The notes under the pieces are model-generated. The model saw nothing but the letters and a program-made list of their open reading frames with translations. It ran no database searches and had not been told where the DNA came from. A DNA stretch of 64,000 nt from NCBI RefSeq assembly GCF_964213995.1, contig NC_135819.1:67146001-67210000 (forward strand), given 5' to 3'. A program made the position numbers and the translations under genes. The DNA comes from Mustelus asterias (lineage: Eukaryota). Shown here one piece after another: positions 27,001 through 64,000 of this stretch. The number at the start of each line of letters is the position of its first letter. The stretch's first letter is position 1.

Positions 27001-30000
27001 TCCAACCCAAGATGCTGAGCCCCATTGTAGCCCCTTTTGCCTGGCTTAGGTTAGTGTCATACCTGCAGATCTTCAATCATCACTGAGTACTGAATATTAT
27101 TGTGCTCCAGAAAGACTTTGAAAGACTGAAGACTGTTCTCTGGAACATGGATATCGATAATGAGATCAGACCTTACCGGACTGCGCCATATATCAAGCTG
27201 GAGAGAGAGGGAGAAGGCAGTCATGTTTAACGTCGAGAATATATTGTACAGTACATTATATAATATAGGCTGCATTTCCCATCGACTAGTGGACAGCCAA
27301 ACACAACAACTGGTGTTGTCATTAGAAGCAGGAAGTTTCTCAAAAACCAGTTGTTCCCGCATTATGTTGCTGATCATTGTGTGTAATACGTTGGCCAGCT
27401 CCCAATGATAAGCTGAATTTATTGTCAGAGTTTTCACATTGCAAACCGTCTGAACCCACTTTCACACAGAGGGTGGTGAATGCCTGGAACCCGCTGCCAG
27501 AGGAGGTGGTGGAAGGAGATTCTATAACAGCATCCAAGAGGCATCTGGATAGATACATGAATAGGCAGGAAATAGACGGATATGGACCGCGCAAAGGCAC
27601 GAAAATATTCGATTAAAGCGGCATCTGTGTCGGCACAGACTTGGTGGGTCAAAGGGCCTGTTCCTGTGCTGTACTGTTCTTTGTTCTTTGAACCCAGCTT
27701 TATTCTACTTCTGTGACAGAAAACACAACAAGAAGGAAAATCGATCAGTTACTGATCATATCCATCTTACAGCTTGTTTTCACATCCTTTGTCCGCTCTA
27801 CCTCTGTAATCTCCTCCAGCGCCACAACCCTCTGAGATATCTGAACTCCTCTAAAGCTGGCCTTTTTCGCTCCACTAATGGTGGCCATGCCTTCAGTTGT
27901 CTAGGCCCTAAGCCCTGGAATTCCCTCCCTACACTTCCCTACATCTCCACCTCGCTTTTCTTCGATAAGACGCTCCTTAAAATCGATTTCTTTCACCAAG
28001 CTTTTGGTCATTTGACTGAATAGCTCCTTATTTGGCTCAGGGTCACACTTTATTTAATAATGCACCCATGGAGCCTTAGGATATTTCATCACATTAAAGG
28101 CGCTATATAAATACATGTTGTTGTTGTTTCGCTATGTAGGCAAAATAAATATTAAAAAGAAGGGAGAGAAGGTCATTTATTGACCTAGAGTGTGAGCTTT
28201 ACAATTGCTTAGAACTGCTTTCTGGTCCCAGCAGTTAATAAGTAGCTACAAAGCCTGGATGAGCCCAGTTTGAACGGCATCTGAAAGAGACAGGACAAAT
28301 TTACACTCTGACATTACAGTGCTGAAGCAGACTTTGGTCTATCTTTGCCAGTGTCCACTGATGGAAGAGTTCCCATGTGTTTGTAGTTCCCTCTGTACCT
28401 TATGGTGAGAGATGCAGTTTTACTCTCTGACTCACCTGGAGATGCTCCTGATCCTCCAAGGACATCACCAGGCTCACCTGTTGCTCATCTCTGGCCGTAA
28501 TCCGCAATACCTGATCACTGCAAAGAAGCCAAGTATCAGTTCCAGTGTTTCATTTTTGGGCTTTTAATTAATTATTAAGAAAGGAAAAAGTTGCATATTT
28601 ATAACACCCTTTCCTGATCTCAGGATGTCCCATAAGCAATGTACTTAAAGATATAATCATCATTGAAATGTAGCAAACCACAGTCAATTTGCACAACAAA
28701 GTTCCACAAACAGCGATGAGGTAAATGACCAGATAATTTGTTACAATAATGTTGGCTGAGGGATGAAGATTGGCTCAGAACAATGGGGCAATACGTTCTT
28801 CATCCAGTAGTGCTGTTTTTTTTTACCTTCATCTAAGAGGGCAATCAGGGCTTTGGTTTAACATCAAGATAGCATCTCTGACAGTTCAGCACTCCCTCAG
28901 TGTCAGCCTAGAGGTTGTGCTTCAGTTTCTGAAGTGAGACTTGGACCCACAACCTTCAGAAGTAAGAGTTTGCCCCGAGCCAACACAACATTGGCACCTC
29001 ATGAGAGGAGAGATGTTAAAAGATACTTTCTGAAGGTATGAAAGAACTTCAGGAATCATTTTGATCTGCAGAATGCACCACAACTTCTGGAAACAACTAA
29101 AATGAACAAATATATTTTAGCAATTATTTGTATCTCCCCTCCGTCCCTCCTGGCTCCTGCTAAGGTCTGGTTCCCAAATCTTTCCTTACGAGAGTCTTTA
29201 TAGTGGCAGGCAGGTTTAGTGTAAGATTAATACTAGGGATGAGTTATAAATCCCAGAATCAATTTTTAAGTGTAAACCGCAGCTTCAACCTCTTAGGAAA
29301 AAAAATTCAAAAGAACGGGTTTAAACCCCAGGATCACTCAGATGAAAGACAATTCTGCAGTCATAGTCATAGAGTTTTACAGAACAAAAAGTGGACCTTC
29401 ACCCCACCATGTCTGCACTGGCCATCACGCACCTATTCATTCAAACCCCATTTTCCAGCACTTGGTCCATAGCCTTGTATGCTATGGCATTTCAAGGTCA
29501 GGCGTGAAGTCTAGCAGATATTACCAGTTCATGGGAAGAGATATGAACCGGAAGAGGTGTAGAAACTGATAATCAGGCAGGTAGAGACTAGACACCATTA
29601 AATGAGTGACATTGTATCAGGCGACCAGTACATTTGCAGGAAAACCTTCAGACTGTTGCCATCCATATTACCAGCATACGAATTCGGAACAGGAGTGGAC
29701 CCTCCAACCTGTTCTACCAGTCAGTAAGATTATGGCTGATCTGATTGTAACTTAAAATCCACATTCCTGCCTACCCCCAATATACTTTCACCATCCCACC
29801 CCCCCTTGTTAATGGAGAATCTATCTGCCTCTGTCTCAGAAATATTCAGACACTACTTCCACTGCCTTTTGAAGAAGAAAGTTCATAAAGTGAAAACTAA
29901 TGCTAAGAAAAGCCAATGGATGGAACTGCTATTCCTGTAGCTATTTCAGGGACTCCATGGAAGCACGTCCAGCAGTCTTTGTTACAGCCCAAAGTTGGTC

Positions 30001-31308
30001 TCTTCCTTCTGATCTTCCAGGACTTTAATTCCTTGATTCCCCCAACTTGATAGACTCAGCTACAGAATGGTCAGCTAATCATTATACAGCTCCCCACTCA
30101 GCCTGGGCCACATGCCTCAGAACCATGCAGGACCACTACTACAAGGTGACAATTCTCCACGTTCCATACCCAGTTTCCTTGATTGTCAATTCAGATTTAT
30201 GGACCGTTTTGCCTTGTTGACCCATGAGGAATTGGAGTAAAGACTTCCCAGTCATTCTGTAGACAACCCCTCGAGAAGAGAGATAGAAGCGACCTACCCC
30301 CTTCGGTTTGGACAGTGTTTGAACTTAGATGTCAAAGATGTAAGATCAATGTACTAATCACAGATTAAAGTTTCATTTGCTATAGATTAGTGGGGTTTTC
30401 CAGTTCAGTCACTAATGGTGCTGCTCCTTAAACCTCAGCAATCAGATCACATTTAACAGTCTGGAGTTGAACAGAACACTTGACTGCTCTCAGTATGTTC
30501 ACTCTTGGAACCAATGATGCAAGCCCTTTGGTACCAACCTGGGGTTGGTTAGCACACCACAGACTTGTGATTAGCCATCAAGAGAGCCACTCTTTCCCAT
30601 GTACTCTCCAAGGTTCTGAGGCACCTGGATCATTCAAATACCTCATCTAGGTGCTCCATGTGGGAATCTCGGCAGATAGTGTTGGTTGGCTATTTTAGGA
30701 GACATCCCAGCTGAACCTAATTCTCTTTGCAAACATATATCTTTGGGTTCGATTCCTAGCTTGGGACACTGAATGTGCAGAGTCTGCACGTTCTCCCTGT
30801 GTCTGTGTGGGTTTATTCCGGGTGCTCCAATTTCCTCCCAGTCTGAAAGACGTGCAGGTTAGGTACATTGGCCAAACTAAATTCTTCCTCAGTGTACCTG
30901 AACAGGTGCTGGAGTGTGGCGACCAGGGGATTTTCATAGTAACTTTGTTGCAGTGTTAATGTAAACCGACTTGTGACACTAATAAATAAACTTAAAACTT
31001 AAATTTAAAACTCTTTTAGAAGGAGGTTCCCTGGTTGAGTTCCCCTTCCCCATCCCAACTCCAAGCTCAGGGCTATCGTGACCAATGGTCTAACCCCCTC
31101 CACTCTGCATCAGCAAACTCAACAAATGACAAGGATTGAATCTGGGAGCTTTCTAATTCCACACCAAGAGGTAAGGGCCTACCACCCTTACGTGTGATTT
31201 GGAATATAAATTTGTGGAACCTGGCCACAAGGTAGCAACTCACCCCTCGAACCCTTTCTGAGCACAGATAGCCACCAGCAGAGCCACGAAAATCAAAAGC
31301 GTTCTCAT
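17914..31308 (-). CDS. CPA2: Carboxypeptidase A2-like preproenzyme (M14A), 11 exons, 418 aa
   Basis: Exons 31244-31308, 28436-28517, 27063-27197, 26018-26116, 25379-25480, 24527-24628, 23629-23739, 22446-22536, 21605-21804, 18844-18928 and 17914-18098 total 1257 nt, all GT-AG and in frame. Signal peptide [16 protein letters not shown]; Zn ligands in IHAREW and IHSY; [25 protein letters not shown]. Confidence 0.9.
18844..18928 (-). CDS. CPA2: CPA2 exon 10
   Basis: [28 protein letters not shown]; 85 nt; CAG/GTAAGT. Confidence 0.92.
20203..21044. mobile_element. Non-autonomous DNA transposon (PIF/Harbinger-like) nested in a Penelope-derived repeat
   Basis: TIRs GGGCCCAATTTTACCAT and ATGTTAAAATAGGACCC (14/17 match); AGA on both sides; flanks ~20135-20202 and 21045-21140 join into the repeat type seen at 59228-59436. 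Confidence 0.7.
21605..21804 (-). CDS. CPA2: CPA2 exon 9
   Basis: [24 protein letters not shown]...[25 protein letters not shown]; 200 nt. Confidence 0.95.
22446..22536 (-). CDS. CPA2: CPA2 exon 8
   Basis: [30 protein letters not shown]; 91 nt. Confidence 0.95.
23055..23402 (+). mobile_element. HE1-type V-SINE inserted into a DeuSINE remnant
   Basis: Full-length copy with (ATTCTATG)n tail; host sequence resumes after 23402. Confidence 0.88.
23629..23739 (-). CDS. CPA2: CPA2 exon 7
   Basis: [37 protein letters not shown]; 111 nt. Confidence 0.95.
23894..24245. repeat. Poly-C tract followed by GA-rich low-complexity sequence
   Basis: C-runs 23894-23940; degenerate (GA)n ~24020-24245. Confidence 0.85.
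24527..24628 (-). CDS. CPA2: CPA2 exon 6
   Basis: [34 protein letters not shown] (HxxE Zn motif); 102 nt. Confidence 0.96.
25379..25480 (-). CDS. CPA2: CPA2 exon 5
   Basis: [34 protein letters not shown]; 102 nt. Confidence 0.95.
26018..26116 (-). CDS. CPA2: CPA2 exon 4 (end of pro-segment, start of mature enzyme)
   Basis: [18 protein letters not shown]|[15 protein letters not shown]; 99 nt. Confidence 0.93.
26430..26935. repeat. Degenerate CA-rich low-complexity repeat
   Basis: Irregular (CA)n/(CATA)n sequence that produces a spurious His/Thr/Pro ORF. Confidence 0.85.
27063..27197 (-). CDS. CPA2: CPA2 exon 3 (pro-domain)
   Basis: [45 protein letters not shown]; 135 nt. Confidence 0.95.
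27450..27690 (+). mobile_element. CR1 LINE 3' end
   Basis: [20 protein letters not shown]-terminus plus CR1 3' UTR tail. Confidence 0.75.
28436..28517 (-). CDS. CPA2: CPA2 exon 2
   Basis: (G)[27 protein letters not shown]; 82 nt. Confidence 0.93.
30743..31000 (+). mobile_element. V-SINE with alternative tail (5'-truncated)
   Basis: V-domain followed by a ...GTGTGGCGAC...TTGTGACACTAATAAATAAACTT tail, as at 41848 and 52153. Confidence 0.75.
31244..31308 (-). CDS. CPA2: CPA2 exon 1 (signal peptide)
   Basis: CACCATG context; [22 protein letters not shown]; GG|GTGAGT donor; 65 coding nt. Confidence 0.92.
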
Positions 31309-31344
31309 GGTGAAGTCTTGTGAAAAGATACAATATGTCGGCCG

Positions 31345-31410
31345 TATTTAAAGGGTGAGAGGTGCCAAGGCAGTGACTTGGGCCAAAGATTAATGACCAA
31401 CATTAATCTG
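31345..31410 (-). promoter_or_regulatory. CPA2 proximal promoter (TATA-like box)
   Basis: TTTAAATA on the minus strand at 31345-31352, ~40 nt upstream of the ATG; two ATTAAT half-sites at ~31388-31408 loosely resemble HNF1 sites. Confidence 0.45.
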
Positions 31411-31734
31411 AAGAAAGGTGGAAGAATTCCCACACAAATTGAAACTGTTTATACCAAAACCTTGTTTGTTTTTCCAGCAAACTCCTGATGCTCATGAATA
31501 AAAATATCTATCTGTTCATAACTCACAATGTGCAATCAAATTCAAGAATGGGAAAGCTGTGCGTTGGTGTCTTCCTAATCATTCAACACTGTTTCCTTTG
31601 CGATTATTTATTAAATTTACTTTTGGGGTTAGGGATGATGACGTGGGAGACAGTGGACAGGTGGTTTTGTAAGTTGACGTGTTACTGACTCCTTCACATC
31701 AGGGAGGAAGCGGCGTCAAAGCTTTTTACATACC

Positions 31735-32042
31735 ATAGAATCCCTACAGTGCAGAAGGAGGCCATTCGGCCCATCGAGTCTGCACCAATCGCAATCCCAC
31801 CCAGGCCGTATCCCCTTAACCCTACTTATTTACCTTGACACTAAGGGGCAATTTAGCATGACCAAACAACCTAACCCACACATCTTTGGAGTGTGGGAGG
31901 AAACCGGAGCACCCGGAGGAAACCCACGCAGGCATGGGGAAAATGTGCAAACTCCACACAGACAGTAACCCAAGCTGGGAATTGAACCAGGGTCCCTGGC
32001 GCTGTGAGGCAGCAGTGCTAACCACTGTCCACCATGCCGCCC
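31735..32042 (-). mobile_element. HE1-type V-SINE (left arm of the inversion)
   Basis: Reverse-complement SINE with head at 32042. Confidence 0.85.
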
Positions 32043-32047
32043 CTATT

Positions 32048-32172
32048 GGGCTGGATTTTCCAGCCTCGCCCGCCCTGAAGCTGGAGAATTCTGTCCGAGG
32101 TCAACGGATCTTTCCATGGTCCGCACTCGCCTGCTCCGATTCCCGTGGTGGACAGAACGGGAAAATTCGCTC
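32048..32172. mobile_element. Short MITE
   Basis: Imperfect TIRs GGGCTGGATTTTCC / GGAAAATTCGCTCC; related fragment near 15078-15120. Confidence 0.45.
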
Positions 32173-32524
32173 CAAAATTGAGTTATCTAACCTCACCTGG
32201 AGCGGTTGTTGGGGAATGAGGGAAATGCTCTACAGATTACTTTTAAACACCTCGACAAGATCACCCTACAAACTCTCATACTTAATAGTAGACAAATCAA
32301 AATTTATGCTGTCCTGTCAATTTAACCCCTTTAAAGCCCCAGTATCATTCTAGTGAATTTGCACCACACTGCACTCCCTCCAAAGCTAATTTGTCCTTCC
32401 TGATGTATAGTAAATGCAGTTACTCCAGACAGGGTCTAACCAAAGCTCTGCACAACTGATGAATCACTTCTTCATTCTTGTGTTCCAACCAATGGCAAGT
32501 TATGTAGTTGGCAGCAAGATTCAA

Positions 32525-32778
32525 TTCGATTCCCGGCTTGGGTCACTGTCCATGTGGAATTTGCACATTCTCCCCGTGTCTGCGTGGGTTTCCTCCGGGT
32601 GCTCCGGATTCCTCCCACACTCCAAAGATGTGCGGGTTAGGTTGAATGGCCATGATAAATTGCCCCTTAGTGTCAGGGTAAATAAGTAGGGATATGGGGA
32701 TATGGCCTGGGTGGGATTGTGGTTGGTGCAGACTCGATGGGCCGAATGGCCTCTTTCTGCACTGTAGGGATTCTATGA
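32525..32778 (+). mobile_element. HE1-type V-SINE, 5'-truncated (right arm of the inversion)
   Basis: Shares the shortened internal segment GTCAGGGTAAATAAGTAGGG with the left-arm copy. Confidence 0.85.
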
Positions 32779-32923
32779 TATGTAAGAAATTTTGACGCCG
32801 CTTCCTCCCTGACATGAAGGAGTCAGTAACACGTCAACTTACAAAACCACCTGTCCACTGTCTCCCACGTCACCACCCCTAACCCCAAAAATAAATTTAA
32901 TAAATAATCACAAAGGGAATAAA

Positions 32924-33452
32924 GGTCTGGGGCAGGGGGCGGAGTCTGGGACAGGGGCGGGGCCTGTGGGCGGGAGCCGGGTCTGGGGCAAGGGTCCGTG
33001 GAAGGGACGGGGTCTGTGGCAGGGGGCGGAGTCTGGGACAGGGGGCGGGGTTTGGTGCAGGGGGCGGAGTCTGGGACAGGGGGCGGAGTTTTGGACAGGG
33101 GGCGGAGTCTGGGACAGGGGGCGGGGCCTGTGGGCGGGAGCGGGGTCTGGGGCAGGGCTCCGTGGAAGACGCGGTGTCTGGGACAGGGGGCGGGGTCTGG
33201 GACGGAGGGCGGGGTCTGTGGCAGGGGCGCAGCTTGTGGGCGGCTGGGGAAGGGGCGGGGTCTGGAACAGGGGCGGGTTCCCGGGTGAGGTCTGAGGAAG
33301 GGGCGGGGTCTCGGACGGCGTCTGGGGCAGGAGGCGGAGTCTGTGGAAGGGGTGGGGTCTGGGGCGGAATCTGTCATGATGTGGAGTTTTCACATTCTCC
33401 CTGTGTCTGCGAATCTGTGGGCAGGGCGGGGTCTGGGGAAGGGCGGGGTCTT
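32924..33452 (+). repeat. G-rich minisatellite, ~20-bp unit GGGGCGG(A/G)GTCTGGGACAG
   Basis: More than 20 imperfect tandem copies, most containing a GGGCGG GC box. Confidence 0.9.
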
Positions 33453-33454
33453 GG

Positions 33455-33540
33455 ATCACGTGTTAAGTTTCCCGCTTCCGTTCAAAAGGTTCTGGCTGAC
33501 GTCAGAGCGGAAATATGTCATGGCATTTCCGGTGGCGGTA
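33455..33540 (+). promoter_or_regulatory. Probable TMEM209 core promoter and first exon region
   Basis: CACGTG 33457-33462, TTTCCCGC 33468-33475, TTCAAA 33481-33486, TGACGTCA 33497-33504 and several CGGAA/TTCCG ETS cores, ~700 nt upstream of the first coding exon. Confidence 0.65.
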
Positions 33541-33694
33541 AAGCGGGTGGGAGAGGAGCGGTGGAGAGTGAGTGAACACAGTGAGGAGTCTAACACCAGG
33601 TTAGAGAGTGAGTGAAGGCAGAGAGAGAGGGGAAGGGGTGAGAGAGAGGGGAAGGGGTGAGAGAGAGAGAGTGTGTGCGAATGAGTGAGGGAGA

Positions 33695-33925
33695 CCCGGT
33701 TTGGGTCACTGTGTGGAGCTTGCCCCGTGTCCGCGTGGGTTTTCTCCGGGTTCCTCCCACACGCCAAAGATGTGTGGGTTAGGGTGATTGGCCATGCTAA
33801 ATTACTCCTTAGTGTCAGGGGATTAGGAGGGTAAATAGGTGGGGTCACAGGGATAGGACCTGGGTGGGATTGTTGGTGCAGGTTAGATGGGCCAAATGAC
33901 CTCCTTCTGCACTGTAGATTCTATG
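33695..33925 (+). mobile_element. HE1-type V-SINE (partial)
   Basis: V-domain and CR1-like tail. Confidence 0.75.
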
Positions 33926-34222
33926 AATAAGCAAGGAGGGAAAAAGATTGGGGAGATAGGAGGGGGGAGAGGAAGAAGAGCGAGCAGTGAGTGAATGAAT
34001 GGGGTGAGGAGGGGTATGAGCTTGTGACTTCCAAGGGCAGGGGTGCGTGTAGGGCCTGCAGGAGGGAGAGTGATGCCTGACTTGGGTACCAGGTGCTCAG
34101 GAACTGGAAATCTTCTAATTCCCACACGCTGCTGAGTGTATTTATGCTGCTTATTCGAGGAGAGAAAACTTCACTTCACCAGTTTATCCTTTACTGAAAA
34201 TCGGTGACTAGAAGACTGTTGA

Positions 34223-62733
<28,511 letters not shown>

Positions 62734-64000
62734 GGAACAATTAACAGAAGATGTAACTGCCTGTATTTGATTTGTGCAGAAACTGAACAGCTTCAGCATT
62801 TGTTCTTCCCTCCACCCCACTTTAATTCTCCATGACTTTTCTCATACATCCAACTGGGACTCTGGAACAGAAACTCTGAAGCCAACCTTGATTTTTCTCT
62901 GTGACTCTGCCATCACTCTGTGCTCAGAGTATTTGGCTGCAGTGCATCCGCTTCAGTGCTGAGAGAGAGAGAGAGCTGTTGTATCTTTTTTGAAACGGAA
63001 GCTTTTTTTTCTCTCCCCAACGTTTGAAGAAAAGGACTTCATTTATACTCGCCAGCGGAAGTGTGTACACCTTTTACGATCTTCATAGTGTTGCCGCAAA
63101 ATGTGACTGTGTGTTTGCTGTGAAGGAACAACATTAGTTCCTGTCAGCATTGTGGTATTTCTGCTCGGAGAGTATCCTGGGGTGGGAGTGGGTGACAGAA
63201 TTTGTGTTTTCTGTTCTGCTATCGTTGTGAGGACACAGACACACCATTGATGCCTTAAACTGCTGGAATAGTGGCATTCATAGCTGCATTCTCGTGGTCA
63301 CCTCTCTGCCTTTTTAAAAAATTGGTATCGATGAGCCTTTTATTTGGATTTTGTTTAGGTATGCTGGACAATGTGGTTGTAAAGTACTGCAGGAATAATT
63401 TGGGATGAAAGAGACAACTATCTCCATTTAAGAATTGCCTGAGTTTGGAAATAGGTGAAAATGAAAAGCTGATGGGTTTCACTCGAAGGAAAGAAGGTGG
63501 GTTATGGCAAATAATTAACTCTGGAATTAGTTCAAAATGTTTGGGTCCTTTCCATTTAAGGGTTGGATCTGGACAGACGCACAGAGCTCATCTGACCCAG
63601 TTTGGGGAAATTGGTTTTGTAAGGAGTGGTCTGTCAGGCATAGCTGATTTATGCTGTGTCCCCGGGGAGGGAGCTTTCCCCTCAAACCAGTTTAGGAAGT
63701 GCTGGACCTCTTCCCTGTCCCACAATCACTCACCCATCACTGACAAATGTATCTTTTTAATTATCTGAGCAAATTCTGACTCCAGTGTTTTGTTTTGTTT
63801 TTTTTTAAGATCAGAATCAATCAGTTGTTGTAAGTTGGAGATTTGTACATATTTTAACATTATTTTAATACCCCAAGTCACTAATAACCAGGATAGTTTT
63901 GAGATTCAGTTCCAGGGAAACATTAAAGCCAGCTGCTCTATTTAAAGGAAGCATCCATCCTGAGCTGTACATCCCTGAATAACAGAAGCCTTCCAGTACC

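Larger units (their letters stand above)
31594..32918. repeat. Inverted duplication: arms ~31594-31985 and ~32525-32918, ~540-bp spacer
   Basis: ~140 bp of non-SINE sequence plus the adjoining V-SINE are mirrored; the ORF track shows LCDYLLNL.LGLG..TWETVDRWFCKLTCY on opposite strands. Confidence 0.9.

Noticed and set aside
31640-31675. PTF1 bipartite site (CACCTG plus TC-box) in the duplicated arm
   Set aside because: The 7-nt spacing does not fit the one- or two-helical-turn spacing of canonical PTF1 sites, so it is not called as a feature.
32823-33575. Several overlapping Pro-rich or Gly-rich ORFs of 90-184 aa
   Set aside because: Products of the stop-poor G-rich minisatellite; open in many frames on both strands.

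Overview
Vertebrate nuclear DNA, very likely from a shark or other elasmobranch (HE1-type V-SINEs, CR1 LINEs, DeuSINE-like remnants, Penelope and Rex1 fragments). Three spliced genes were reconstructed by hand from GT-AG boundaries with consistent phases. (1) SMKR1-like small lysine-rich protein, + strand, main coding exon 14127-14387. (2) An intact 11-exon carboxypeptidase A with CPA2-diagnostic residues, - strand, CDS 31308->17914, 418 aa. (3) TMEM209, + strand, 14 coding exons 34238-62733, 564 aa. CPA2 and TMEM209 are divergent. The ~2.9 kb between their start codons holds an inverted duplication with ~390-bp arms, a GC-box minisatellite and a compact E-box/E2F/CRE/ETS promoter. The most unusual signal is a set of short palindromic Penelope-derived elements carrying minimal hammerhead ribozyme motifs on both strands. 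Most ORFs in the supplied track are repeat-derived noise. Family assignments come from recalled motifs, not database searches.
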